A stretch of 64,000 nt of DNA from IMG/VR virus record IMGVR_UViG_3300017705_000602; one strand, given 5' to 3'. How positions within the stretch are numbered: the stretch's first letter is position 1; each line of letters begins with the position of its first letter. This stretch comes from a virus. Taxonomy: Duplodnaviria > Heunggongvirae > Uroviricota > Caudoviricetes. Both the position numbers and the translations under genes were made by a program. This document shows positions 26,313-35,507 of the stretch, in pieces. The notes below the pieces were generated by a model. It was given only the letters and a program-made list of their open reading frames with translations. It was not told the DNA's origin and ran no database searches.

Positions 26313-26543
26313 ATGGATAAAACAGCCACTTTTACCAGGTGGCTTTGTTTTTCGGTAACCAAGGATGGTTTTAGAACAGGCAGCGGATTTACAAAAGATC
26401 CTAACCGTGCTAAAGTCTACTTGCGTAAACCGAGCGCAAAGTCTTATTCTCGCTCATTAGCAGTAGTACCAGTTAAAATTGAATGTACTATTGATCTAGA
26501 AGCATTAACATACACAAAAATTTCAGGGACCGAATATGAGTAA
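26313..26543 (+). CDS. hypothetical protein
   Basis: 76-aa ORF. Confidence 0.4.
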   Translation: MDKTATFTRWLCFSVTKDGFRTGSGFTKDPNRAKVYLRKPSAKSYSRSLAVVPVKIECTIDLEALTYTKISGTEYE

Positions 26544-26850
26544 GAAAAAATACATTATTGCCGCTGTAACCAGTCCACAGCAAAGATTAGATCGGCATGG
26601 CAAAACCTACAGCATGCCAGACACTTACCTGGTTACTGTTTCTCCTACCCTTGCCGAAGCCAAAGACTACATCGACGAAGGCAAAGTACGCGATGCAAGT
26701 GCATTTGAATATCTTGTCATTGAAGAAAGCACTGAGCTTGCCACAAAAACACAGATACTGCGATGGTACATTTCTAAAGACAAAGAAATAACTCAGCTGG
26801 CCTGCGCACCCGACGAATATAAAAATTATAAGAGTATGATATCAATGTAA
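26536..26850 (+). CDS. hypothetical protein
   Basis: 104-aa ORF overlapping upstream stop. Confidence 0.45.
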   Translation: MSKKKYIIAAVTSPQQRLDRHGKTYSMPDTYLVTVSPTLAEAKDYIDEGKVRDASAFEYLVIEESTELATKTQILRWYISKDKEITQLACAPDEYKNYKSMISM

Positions 26851-26893
26851 ATGATAAATACTCGAAACAAATCAAGTATTGTAAAGGTGTAGT

Positions 26894-27136
26894 ATGTTGT
26901 TATCTCAGTTATTAGTCGAAAAAGAAGTTGACTCTTCGTGGATTATCGATATTTCATATAATCGACAAAAGAAAATTGCAAGGCTAGTAACTTCATACAA
27001 AGGTAATCAAACCACGTACTACATATTAGGTATGTCGAGACGAGAGTTCGACAAGTGGCATACTGCACCTTCGCAAGGTAAATTCTTTCACAAGTTTGTC
27101 AAGGGATTTTATGACATAAAAAGAGAAGAACAATGA
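26894..27136 (+). CDS. hypothetical protein
   Basis: 80-aa ORF. Confidence 0.45.
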   Translation: MLLSQLLVEKEVDSSWIIDISYNRQKKIARLVTSYKGNQTTYYILGMSRREFDKWHTAPSQGKFFHKFVKGFYDIKREEQ

Positions 27137-27459
27137 GTCCGAAAACTTTATGCATTATTGATAAGCTTCTCTTTATATGCTATGTATTTGTAATATTGTA
27201 TTGTTTGAATCCGATTATGTTAGGGCTGTGTGCATTACTTGTACTCGGTGCAGTACTTTCAGCACTGTCTTCGCAAATTCTTACCGCGGTAGTAGTTGTG
27301 TTAATAGCATTGGCGTACCATTTTCTTATATGGATACCATTTAGAAGAATTTTTATGAGATACGAATGCATGTATTTTAATATTTTTGCTCCGCACTTGC
27401 CCGACCGTAGGATAAACAACGTCCCAGTTAAGAACGACAAACGCAAACCTATAAAGTAA
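27133..27459 (+). CDS. membrane protein
   Basis: three hydrophobic helices; ATGA overlap. Confidence 0.45.
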   Translation: MSPKTLCIIDKLLFICYVFVILYCLNPIMLGLCALLVLGAVLSALSSQILTAVVVVLIALAYHFLIWIPFRRIFMRYECMYFNIFAPHLPDRRINNVPVKNDKRKPIK

Positions 27460-27466
27460 CCTTTCG

Positions 27467-27634
27467 ATGAAAACCAAACGATACAAATGTATTATATGCG
27501 AATATATCTACGACGAATCAATCGGTATACCCGATGAGGGCATTCCGCCCGGCACAAGATTTGAAGATATTCCTGATGATTGGTCATGCCCGCTGTGCGG
27601 AATTGATAAAACTTACTTCGAGGAAATAACATGA
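27467..27634 (+). CDS. rubredoxin (55 aa)
   Basis: CxxC...CPxCG pairs in [40 protein letters not shown] with conserved Tyr/Asp/Trp aromatic core; ATGA-coupled to DHFR. Confidence 0.75.
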   Translation: MKTKRYKCIICEYIYDESIGIPDEGIPPGTRFEDIPDDWSCPLCGIDKTYFEEIT

Positions 27635-28143
27635 TCACGCTTATAGCCGCTATAGGTACCAATGGCGAAATCGGTAAAGATAACAGTTTACTTTGGGACA
27701 TACCCGAAGAAATGAAAGTGTTTATCAAGCACACTAAAGGTAAAACTGTGTTAATGGGCCGCAAGACATTCGAATCAATTGGTAGTAAGCCTTTGCCAAA
27801 TCGAACAAACATTGTGATTTCAAGAACTATGCCCGAAACCAACGGTGTACATGTTTATAGCAATATTGCAGATGCAATTAAAGATCACCCGGATGTAGTG
27901 GTCATGGGCGGAGAACAAATATACCGCGAGTGCTTACCGATAGCCGATCAAATGATCATATCGCATGTGTGCATGAGCTTTCCTGATGCCGATTCTCATT
28001 TTCCTGTATGTAATCAGTTGCTTGAAAAATCAGGTGAATTGTTGCACGATGGATCACCTTTTTTCTCAACGTATAAATATACGAAAGGAAAAGGAGAAAA
28101 CTCATGGGATTCAGATTCAGCAGACGAAGCGAAGAAAGACTAG
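27631..28143 (+). CDS. frd: dihydrofolate reductase
   Basis: [51 protein letters not shown] matches DHFR N-terminal blocks. Confidence 0.85.
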   Translation: MITLIAAIGTNGEIGKDNSLLWDIPEEMKVFIKHTKGKTVLMGRKTFESIGSKPLPNRTNIVISRTMPETNGVHVYSNIADAIKDHPDVVVMGGEQIYRECLPIADQMIISHVCMSFPDADSHFPVCNQLLEKSGELLHDGSPFFSTYKYTKGKGENSWDSDSADEAKKD

Positions 28144-28502
28144 AAGGTGTTCACCCCGATCTAGTTGATGTTGCACATCGCGCAATCGAACTAACACCGT
28201 ATGACTTTGGTATTACCCAAGGCGTAAGAACAATAGAAGAACAAAGACGTTTTGTCGAAGAAGGCAAGTCTACTACAATGAACAGCAGGCACCTGATACA
28301 AGACGACGGATACAGCCATGCAATTGATATTGCAGTATATGTAGACGGTTCGATAACGTGGGAAGTGCCTTACTACAGAAAAGTTGTACAAGCATTTTTT
28401 ACTGCCGCTATTGAAAAGAATGTACAAATCAATTCGGGTGTGCTGTGGCGTACATTTGTCGACGGTCCGCACATTGAACTAAACTACAGGTACTATGAAT
28501 AA
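28104..28502 (+). CDS. peptidase M15-family L-alanyl-D-glutamate peptidase-type endolysin
   Basis: NSRHLIQDDGYSHAIDIAV (SxHxxGxAxD) and DGPHIEL second His motif. Confidence 0.65.
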   Translation: MGFRFSRRSEERLEGVHPDLVDVAHRAIELTPYDFGITQGVRTIEEQRRFVEEGKSTTMNSRHLIQDDGYSHAIDIAVYVDGSITWEVPYYRKVVQAFFTAAIEKNVQINSGVLWRTFVDGPHIELNYRYYE

Positions 28503-29103
28503 TATATACACCTGTAAGCTATTCGAGCCGCACGAAGCACAACGACTGTTAGACGATATTACATCGGAGTTTTACGGCAAATTTGTAAGATCAAGACTGT
28601 ACGACACATCTTCAGGCAACATGCATTTTAAAGAGATTGCCGATGCCCGAAGATCGTGGGAGCAAGTGTATCATAACCATACTCGGTTTGCTTGGATAAA
28701 AGCTAGACTAAACAATCATGTAAGAACTGCGCTTGATCAGTTCGGTCTTACTATGCCTGCTATACACTATCCGCAAGGTCTTCGATTTTTAAAATACGAC
28801 TCGGCAGAAACGGGCTTTCAGAATTGGCACACGGACAAGTCTAAACAATCGCGTATTCTTACTTGTGTTGTACAATTAACAGACCCTGACGAATATCAAG
28901 GTGCAAGACTCGAATTTCAATCTCCGATACTGTCGAGGCAGGTGCCAGTTCAGCAAGGCAGTTTAATTATATTTCCATCGGAGCAGATTCATCGTGTGTC
29001 TGAATGCATATCGGGAATTAGATACTCGTTGATTGTTTGGGCCGAGACAGAAGATACAGCATTACCTCCAGGGTACACAGATGACACTACTGAAAAGAAC
29101 TGA
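28495..29103 (+). CDS. 2OG-Fe(II) oxygenase, prolyl-4-hydroxylase-like
   Basis: HxD in FQNWHTDKS, distal His IHRVSE and 2OG-binding RYSL. Confidence 0.65.
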   Translation: MNNIYTCKLFEPHEAQRLLDDITSEFYGKFVRSRLYDTSSGNMHFKEIADARRSWEQVYHNHTRFAWIKARLNNHVRTALDQFGLTMPAIHYPQGLRFLKYDSAETGFQNWHTDKSKQSRILTCVVQLTDPDEYQGARLEFQSPILSRQVPVQQGSLIIFPSEQIHRVSECISGIRYSLIVWAETEDTALPPGYTDDTTEKN

Positions 29104-29611
29104 TTGGGAATTTCTAGCACCGCTTGCATTAAAAGAAGCAATGTCTATTATCAACAAGCACGGTGCGTTTAACGGGCAGATTGGACTTACACATCGTCCT
29201 GGAACACCCGAAGGCGATAAACTGATTGATGCAACAGGCTCGTTGTATGATTACGACTCGGGTCAGTTTGTTGCAAAGGAATCAGACTTTACTGAATTCA
29301 ATAGTGCTTTTGTAGGTACTTACTTGCACGAAATTTACAGCACTATCGGAAACATCGGTCGTATGAGAATCATGATCATGGATGGCCCTACTGCATACAC
29401 CATTCATCGCGATGTGACTACTCGTTACCACTTAGCTCTCAAAACCAATCCGTTTTGTTTTTTTGTGTTCCCTAACCAAAACGAACAAATACACATTCCG
29501 CAGGACAATAACATATACGAAGTTGACACACGAGAATATCACACGTTCTTGAATGGCACTAGAGCAACACGTATTCATTTAGTAATGGATAATTTGTTGT
29601 CGTATGAGTAA
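29081..29611 (+). CDS. cupin-type aspartyl/asparaginyl beta-hydroxylase-like protein
   Basis: TAYTIHRDVTTRYHLALKTNP resembles the AspH-family His-x-Asp...His core; start uncertain (29033 or 29081). Confidence 0.45.
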   Translation: MTLLKRTDWEFLAPLALKEAMSIINKHGAFNGQIGLTHRPGTPEGDKLIDATGSLYDYDSGQFVAKESDFTEFNSAFVGTYLHEIYSTIGNIGRMRIMIMDGPTAYTIHRDVTTRYHLALKTNPFCFFVFPNQNEQIHIPQDNNIYEVDTREYHTFLNGTRATRIHLVMDNLLSYE

Positions 29612-30107
29612 TATTATAATCACAGGACACACTTGCGGACTAGGAAAAGAGCTTGCATGTATATACCCTGACTACACTGGGTTTTCAAGAAGCAACGGAT
29701 ACGACATAAACAATCATGGTATTCGAACTAAGATAGTACAGGCAAGTGCCAACGCAGACATAATTTTTAACAATGCCCACGCAGGATTTAGTCAAATTGA
29801 ATTATTGTATCTTTTGTTTGATGCGTACAAACACACTAACAAAACGATAGTGAACATCTCGTCGATATCCCCGGAAACTTCAATACATCGTCCTCACAAG
29901 TATGCAGTTGAAAAGCTAGCACTTGATGCAGCCTCCAAGCAATTGGATATAAATTCAGACTGCCGCATAGTGCTAGTCAAACCAGGTTTGTTTATCAGTA
30001 ACAGAAGCAAAAACATTCCCGGAACTAAAATGCCCGCCAAGTACATTGCACAAGAAATCAAAGTTGCACTGTTACAGTCTGAGTCGAACATAATTAATAT
30101 ACAGTGA
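29604..30107 (+). CDS. short-chain dehydrogenase/reductase (SDR)-like protein
   Basis: IIITGHTCGLGKELA (TGxxxGxG) and YAVEK (YxxxK). Confidence 0.55.
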   Translation: MSNIIITGHTCGLGKELACIYPDYTGFSRSNGYDINNHGIRTKIVQASANADIIFNNAHAGFSQIELLYLLFDAYKHTNKTIVNISSISPETSIHRPHKYAVEKLALDAASKQLDINSDCRIVLVKPGLFISNRSKNIPGTKMPAKYIAQEIKVALLQSESNIINIQ

Positions 30108-30138
30108 TAATGATAAATATCTCTACTAGGAGATATTA

Positions 30139-30417
30139 ATGAATAACGAAAGACAAACAGAGAATAATGCGGAAGTTCCTGTGAGCACTGATAATCCTGA
30201 CCAAGGCAAAAGGTGGCAGTTTCGTAGAACAGTCATTGTGATGTCTTTGGTGTTTTGTGCAACTATAATAACGTTCATGACATTGTACGGCGAAGATACC
30301 CGACTGAATGAAACAATTGCAATGGGCACATTTGGGTTAGCAATATCAATAATTGGGTCCGCAGTATTTGGAGCAGTATGGGATGATAAGAACTCTAATA
30401 AACAGCGCAACCGGTAA
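30139..30417 (+). CDS. small membrane protein
   Basis: two hydrophobic helices. Confidence 0.45.
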   Translation: MNNERQTENNAEVPVSTDNPDQGKRWQFRRTVIVMSLVFCATIITFMTLYGEDTRLNETIAMGTFGLAISIIGSAVFGAVWDDKNSNKQRNR

Positions 30418-30859
30418 TATCGGTGTTTACATTGTGGGAGCCGCCGTTATCGCTATCGGTGTTTACATATACTTGCAAGATGCGCAGATCAAGGCATTGT
30501 CTAAAAATCTTAAAACTGCAAATCAGCAAGTGGCTGTACTTGGTACACAAGTCGAACAACAAAAAGCAACAATAGGAACTATTCAAAGACAGTACAACGA
30601 AACCGTTGCTGGCACACAAAAGTTAAATTCCGAAGTTGCTCAACTACGAGAAGAACAAAATGAAATTGAAGCACAATACAATGAATATCGTGGAAGGCTC
30701 GCAAAGCTTTCTGCAAAAAAGCCTGGGCTTGTTGAGCGTCTTGCTAATAACGCTTTCAGTGACATCATGCAGTCTTTTACCGAAGCCACCGATCGAAGTG
30801 AAAACAACTCAAGTGAACAGTCCGATACTGATACAGGAAAGACCAGCCAAGCTAACTAA
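30353..30859 (+). CDS. i-spanin candidate (N-terminal TM + periplasmic coiled coil)
   Basis: TM VYIVGAAVIAIGVYIYL followed by heptad-rich sequence; embeds start of the lipoprotein ORF in another frame. Confidence 0.5.
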   Translation: MGPQYLEQYGMIRTLINSATGNIGVYIVGAAVIAIGVYIYLQDAQIKALSKNLKTANQQVAVLGTQVEQQKATIGTIQRQYNETVAGTQKLNSEVAQLREEQNEIEAQYNEYRGRLAKLSAKKPGLVERLANNAFSDIMQSFTEATDRSENNSSEQSDTDTGKTSQAN

Positions 30860-31220
30860 TCCCAAGATCGAAAAAGCAATCAACATTCTGACGTTTGAGA
30901 CTATATATAACGAATTTTACCGAAGTGTGTTGCTTGATCAAATTGAACATATTCTAAGACTAGAGGGTGTGTCAGTTGAACAAGCCAGCGCACGAGCGCA
31001 AGTGTTTGTTAAAGAAATGGACGCCTACGTCAAAAACAACCAAGGTGTATTTGTGTACTTTGCGTTCGAAGAAGATAACTACTTGACATTTGCACAATGG
31101 CTCGAACAGAATCTTAGCTATATCAAAGAGCAAAACGCAATTATACGCTATTACGAAACTGTCGCAAAACAGCGAAACGAACAAAACGAAAAAAACAAGG
31201 ACAAAGAAAACAATGATTGA
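30660..31220 (+). CDS. lipoprotein, o-spanin candidate (overlapped architecture)
   Basis: signal sequence ending in lipobox-like LSVTSC, then Pro-rich LLPKPPIEV; starts inside the i-spanin candidate in a different frame; longer than typical o-spanins. Confidence 0.4.
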   Translation: MKLKHNTMNIVEGSQSFLQKSLGLLSVLLITLSVTSCSLLPKPPIEVKTTQVNSPILIQERPAKLTNPKIEKAINILTFETIYNEFYRSVLLDQIEHILRLEGVSVEQASARAQVFVKEMDAYVKNNQGVFVYFAFEEDNYLTFAQWLEQNLSYIKEQNAIIRYYETVAKQRNEQNEKNKDKENND

Positions 31221-31449
31221 AATTTACGGAGCAACATGGTGTGGTTATTGTCGCAAAGCCAAGAGCTTGTGCGAATCTAACGAAGTTGAATTTGAATACT
31301 ACGATGTCGATCAAGCAAATCATAAGCAAGAACTTTTTGATCGCATGGACGAAAAGCCCGAGACCATTCCGCAAATATTCGTAGACAACAAACTTCTACC
31401 GGGCGGGTTTACTGCACTGAAAGAACACTTAACACAAAAAGCTGCCTAA
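31213..31449 (+). CDS. glutaredoxin (NrdC-like)
   Basis: MIEIYGATWCGYCRKAK (CGYC active site) and glutaredoxin C-terminal FVDNKLLPGGF. Confidence 0.8.
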   Translation: MIEIYGATWCGYCRKAKSLCESNEVEFEYYDVDQANHKQELFDRMDEKPETIPQIFVDNKLLPGGFTALKEHLTQKAA

Positions 31450-31462
31450 AGGCAGCTTTTTA
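31437..31462 (+). terminator. rho-independent terminator
   Basis: hairpin agctgcc-taaa-ggcagct + T5. Confidence 0.65.
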
Positions 31463-31489
31463 TTGACACGCGAATGATATCTGTATAAT
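31463..31489 (+). promoter_or_regulatory. sigma70-like promoter TTGACA-15-TATAAT
   Basis: TTGACA 31463-31468, TATAAT 31484-31489; short spacer. Confidence 0.35.
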
Positions 31490-31525
31490 ATGCAATGGCA
31501 ATTATGCATAACAAAGGAAAATCGC

Positions 31526-32527
31526 ATGTCATCGAAAGAAATTACTCCAGGTCGCATTATAAAATGGATCGTGTGGGCAATACTAGCTATTATTGCTTTT
31601 AGTGCTCTAATGGGATCGTTTTATATTAACTCAGAATACGAGCGCACAGTTGAAACACGCTTAGGCGAAATCAACGGTGATGTAACCGGTCCTGGGTTAC
31701 AGTTTAAAGCACCGTTTATCGATTCTGCTCACACAGCAGACATTCGCATAGACGAAATCAACTACCCGGGCGAAGTAACTGCATCGTACGATGGTCAGAC
31801 AATCAACATTGATATTACTATTAACCACCAGATACTTGAAGCGTCTGTGCAAAAGTTATATTCGGACTTTGGTTCAAACTATAACTACAGCGATCGTATC
31901 TTGCGCAAGATGGCAATTGATCGTATTAAAGGACTGATCGGTACATACAAAATTGAAGAGTTCATGCCTAATCGTGAACAGATTAGACAAGAAGCACTAA
32001 CAGTTGTTAAAGCAGAAGCCAACAAGTACGGTGTTAACATACTGGACATTCAGTTATCGAACTTTGAATTTGACCCACGCTTTAAAACACGTTTACAAGA
32101 AGTTGCTGATGCAAGAGCGCGAGCGTCAAAAGAAGAACAGCGAGCACGTGAAGCCGGCTTTGCTGCCGAGAAGCGTATCGAAGTCGAACGTGGTGAAGCA
32201 GAATCTAAAAAGCTTGCTGCCGATGCAAACGCTCACAAAATTCGTGTAGAGTCGGAACAAAAAGCGGCAGCTATACAGCGCGAAGGTGAAGCACAAGCGG
32301 CATCTGAACTTGCTAAAGGTACTGCAAAAGCCGAAGCAATTAAAGCACAGCTTGAAGCACTTGAACGAGGCGGGCAGAATTTGGTTGAGTTAACCAAAGC
32401 CGAAGCAATGAAAAATTGGGACGGTGTATACAGCCCGGACACAGTTATCAGTTCAGGCGGTACAGGCCAGCCAGGTTTTATACCTTTCATGAACTACAAT
32501 GAACTGTTGAAGCCAAAGAAAAACTAA
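31526..32527 (+). CDS. SPFH/band-7 (prohibitin/HflKC-like) membrane protein
   Basis: N-terminal TM then band-7 core (GLQFKAPFIDS...) and long Ala/Glu/Lys-rich coiled coil; AAAGGAAAATCGCATG RBS. Confidence 0.7.
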   Translation: MSSKEITPGRIIKWIVWAILAIIAFSALMGSFYINSEYERTVETRLGEINGDVTGPGLQFKAPFIDSAHTADIRIDEINYPGEVTASYDGQTINIDITINHQILEASVQKLYSDFGSNYNYSDRILRKMAIDRIKGLIGTYKIEEFMPNREQIRQEALTVVKAEANKYGVNILDIQLSNFEFDPRFKTRLQEVADARARASKEEQRAREAGFAAEKRIEVERGEAESKKLAADANAHKIRVESEQKAAAIQREGEAQAASELAKGTAKAEAIKAQLEALERGGQNLVELTKAEAMKNWDGVYSPDTVISSGGTGQPGFIPFMNYNELLKPKKN

Positions 32528-32553
32528 CACAGCCTGCAAGCGTGTAACTGAAT

Positions 32554-32580
32554 AAAAGCCCGCCTTGTGCGGGCTTTTTA
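32554..32580 (+). terminator. rho-independent terminator
   Basis: hairpin aaaagcccgc-cttgt-gcgggctttt. Confidence 0.7.
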
Positions 32581-32595
32581 TTAAAGGAATAAAAT

Positions 32596-32775
32596 ATGAA
32601 TGCACTGATTGATCTCAAGAACCTGTTTGAAAAACACAATATCAAAGTAACGTACTTTGATGGATATCAACTGCTAACTAAAAAGCACGGCAAATGGGGC
32701 CTGTCACTCGGCGAGTATCGTTGCAATGGCGAGATAGTTTCTCGCAAGGAAATTAACGATTTGGTCAAGAAATGA
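32596..32775 (+). CDS. small hypothetical protein (59 aa)
   Basis: AAAGGAATAAAATATG RBS; ATGA overlap with downstream gene. Confidence 0.4.
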   Translation: MNALIDLKNLFEKHNIKVTYFDGYQLLTKKHGKWGLSLGEYRCNGEIVSRKEINDLVKK

Positions 32776-33155
32776 AAAAAGAAATAATATTCGTGTCCAA
32801 GATATATTCGCAGGAATTGTATAAAAGTCCTAAAGCGCACATTGACAATAACCCACTTATCATAACCAGATTCAATCCGCGTTCTGGCAAGCGCATTGCT
32901 ACTGCCACAGGCAACAATTTAAGTAAGGTAGTATCAGCAGAGCATGCAGACTATTACTACATTATAGATCTCAGCGTACACGAGCATACACAGCTTGACC
33001 CTGCAGACATAACTGCATTTGTACTAGCTAACTCGCACAAGTGCCTAAATCGAATAATCGAAGACCACAACTGGAATATCGGATACATCCTGTTTGACTT
33101 TATCATGGATGGTGTATCGGACAACCAAGATAAAAAAATTAAAAGTTTTTTTTAA
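32772..33155 (+). CDS. hypothetical protein
   Basis: 127-aa ORF. Confidence 0.5.
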   Translation: MKKEIIFVSKIYSQELYKSPKAHIDNNPLIITRFNPRSGKRIATATGNNLSKVVSAEHADYYYIIDLSVHEHTQLDPADITAFVLANSHKCLNRIIEDHNWNIGYILFDFIMDGVSDNQDKKIKSFF

Positions 33156-33161
33156 AATAGG

Positions 33162-33189
33162 TTGACGTATTCAAAAACTAGTGTATAAT
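33162..33189 (+). promoter_or_regulatory. sigma70-type promoter TTGACG-16-TATAAT
   Basis: TTGACG 33162-33167, TATAAT 33184-33189. Confidence 0.55.
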
Positions 33190-33245
33190 GTGTAACATAC
33201 TTTAGCAAAGCAGAAACATGTTTTGCAAAATAAATTAAAAAAGAT

Positions 33246-33274
33246 GTTGACAAACACACATAACAGTGTATAAT
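33246..33274 (+). promoter_or_regulatory. sigma70-type promoter TTGACA-17-TATAAT
   Basis: TTGACA 33246-33251, TATAAT 33269-33274. Confidence 0.6.
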
Positions 33275-33372
33275 GTACAGCAACTTAGTTAGACAACTTG
33301 TTTGTTTAACAGCTCTTTAACAGAATTAGATTTATGATTTGGGCATGATAGAGTCATCGTAAGGTGGCCTAA

Positions 33373-33597
33373 ATGGCAAAGTCCATCACTTTGTCTACTG
33401 CAATTTCGATTGCAGTCAACCCAAGAAAGCCGAGGCCTCGTAAAGACTTCATTCCGGTGGAGTTCGTGCAGGACGTTAAGGTAACGAAAAGACAAATGCT
33501 GGCCAACGGTGACCATTTGTCGAGAGACCGCAAATCTCTAGTTGCAACGCAAAACTTAACTAATGTGCAAGGTCAAAGGGTATATTGTTTGGTGTGA
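33373..33597 (+). CDS. small basic hypothetical protein
   Basis: strong RBS AAGGTGG 6 nt upstream; 74 aa; lies in otherwise ORF-poor region. Confidence 0.35.
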   Translation: MAKSITLSTAISIAVNPRKPRPRKDFIPVEFVQDVKVTKRQMLANGDHLSRDRKSLVATQNLTNVQGQRVYCLV

Positions 33598-33762
33598 GTC
33601 TTAGCGGGCAAATGCTGTACAGTTGTTTAAAAGGTTGTGGTTAAACACATTCTTGAAAGACGGTCGAAAAGTAGTCTTAGCAGACGAAACGGCAGGTAGC
33701 GTAGTGCATTTGGTACCTCAAAAGGGTATCGACCATTTCTAGGGCGCACGTTACAGATGGTT

Positions 33763-33836
33763 ATTCAAGTTAGCTCAGTTTGGTAGAGCAAATGACTCTT
33801 AATCATTCGGTCGCAGGTTCAATTCCTGTATTTGAA
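33763..33836 (+). tRNA. tRNA-Lys (anticodon CTT), isolated from main array
   Basis: acceptor ttcaagt/atttgaa (U1-A72), D-arm gctc agtttggta gagc, anticodon stem aatga/tcatt, loop ctCTTaa, T-arm gcagg ttcaatt cctgt; no encoded CCA. Confidence 0.55.
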
Positions 33837-33839
33837 ATC

Positions 33840-34318
33840 AAAAAAGCAAAGACGCCCTGGGATAGTAAGAAAGAGTAAATGGCTTAATTGTCCTAACCCG
33901 CAAGGGAATTAGGAATGTACGAAGCTCGCAAGGCAGAATACATTTTGTTGGAAGTTGCACGTTGTAGTCGAATACTTAACAGCTCGCAAGGCTGGCGGTA
34001 AACCAATAGCAGAAACGCTTACTATCAAGAACTTCGGTTCGACATGAAACGCCACATGTAAAAAGGCAGCCATGCTTGGAGACGATTGCGTGTCGAAAGA
34101 CAGCAAAAGTGGATGAGAAGTAAATCCGTAGGGTCGCACCGAAGGAGTAACACTTCAAACGTCCGAGTGTATTAGCTGTAATTCTCAAGCTAATAAACCT
34201 TGCTTATATCAATACAGAATATATCGGATATAAGTAATGTACTGGGTATCATACGAAACTACCACTAATATATAGAATACATATACGTAGAAAAGTCGCT
34301 GATATCGCGAGTACCAAA
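33840..34318 (+). ncRNA. candidate structured non-coding RNA region (uncharacterised)
   Basis: ~480 nt without credible ORF downstream of two strong promoters and a tRNA; duplicated 12-mer agctcgcaaggc (33925, 33978); ends at terminator 34319-34347. Confidence 0.3.
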
Positions 34319-34347
34319 CAGCACCTAAAAAGGTGCTTTTTTTATGG
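34319..34347 (+). terminator. rho-independent terminator
   Basis: hairpin agcacc-taaaaa-ggtgct + T7. Confidence 0.7.
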
Positions 34348-34359
34348 CCGCAAAACCGG

Positions 34360-34388
34360 TAGACAATGATACTTCTGTGTCGTACAAT
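34360..34388 (+). promoter_or_regulatory. sigma70-like promoter TAGACA-17-TACAAT
   Basis: TAGACA 34360-34365, TACAAT 34383-34388. Confidence 0.4.
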
Positions 34389-34420
34389 TAGTTTATCAAC
34401 AACAACATGTAGAGATTATT

Positions 34421-35506
34421 GTGGAATTTATACTTGCTTTAATTGGGCCTGCCGCAGTTGCCGTATTTGCAAAACTGTACTTCAAACAGGAAATCAGCAA
34501 ACGTGAAACGCTAGCACAGATTGCAATCGGTATAGGATTCGGGTTTATGGTGTCTGTATTGATTGCAATGGGTCAGCTACATGATAACGAATATGTTACA
34601 GGCCAAGTGATCAACAAGCATCGCGACAACGACAGCTACGAAGAAAGCTACGATTGCAATTGTCGCACAGTAACATCGGGTTCCGGAGATAGCAAAACCA
34701 CTTCAACGGTGTGCGACACTTGTTGGAAAACAATCTACACAGTGGACTGGTATTTAAGTTCTACAGTTGGGCGCATCGCAATCAACAGCCGTGAATCTGA
34801 AAGCCAACAAGTGTGGATTGCACCCAATCCACAAGCCTGGATCGACGCTAAAATCGGCGAAGCATGTACTACAGCTCGATCGTACCAAAACTATATTTTA
34901 GCGTCACCGGACAGTTTGTTTAATTCGTCGGAGTATGGCAATAACGAATTTGCTGTGCCAGGGTATCCGCGCATGCATTCCATATACAAAATGAAACATG
35001 CACTCACAGTAGACGGAGCAATACCTAACTCGGCTGAATGGACAGAACAAATTCGAGAACATTTAAAAATTCGCAATGCTAATAGCAGTCCAAATGTGTT
35101 GTTTGTGTTTACTAAATCAACCGACAGAACTTTTAAATATGCGCTAGAGCGTAATTGGACAGGCGGCAAAAAGAATGACTTGATTGTTGTTATCGGCACA
35201 GCCAACTATCCAAACGCAAACTGGACAGAAGTTATAACACTTGGTAAGACTTCCGGCAACGAACTAACGGCAGTAAAAATAAGAGACATAGTCGAAGATC
35301 ATCATCTAGATCCACAAGTAACAGTTAAAAATGTGTTTAGCATGATTGACAAGCACTTTGATATGAAACCGATAAGCGACTTTGAATATCTCAAAGACGA
35401 ACAACAAATGACATTATGGCAAGCATTAGCAGTTGTATTTGCTTCGATAATTGTTAGTATTATAGTAAGTTATATATTTTCACGCAACGCTTTAAGGAGC
35501 AAATAA
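34421..35506 (+). CDS. membrane protein with N- and C-terminal TM helices (DUF2207-like partner of LemA, tentative)
   Basis: GTG start; two N-terminal TM helices, large soluble domain, C-terminal TM; directly upstream of LemA-like gene as in bacterial LemA/DUF2207 pairs. Confidence 0.5.
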   Translation: MEFILALIGPAAVAVFAKLYFKQEISKRETLAQIAIGIGFGFMVSVLIAMGQLHDNEYVTGQVINKHRDNDSYEESYDCNCRTVTSGSGDSKTTSTVCDTCWKTIYTVDWYLSSTVGRIAINSRESESQQVWIAPNPQAWIDAKIGEACTTARSYQNYILASPDSLFNSSEYGNNEFAVPGYPRMHSIYKMKHALTVDGAIPNSAEWTEQIREHLKIRNANSSPNVLFVFTKSTDRTFKYALERNWTGGKKNDLIVVIGTANYPNANWTEVITLGKTSGNELTAVKIRDIVEDHHLDPQVTVKNVFSMIDKHFDMKPISDFEYLKDEQQMTLWQALAVVFASIIVSIIVSYIFSRNALRSK

Positions 35507-35507
35507 C

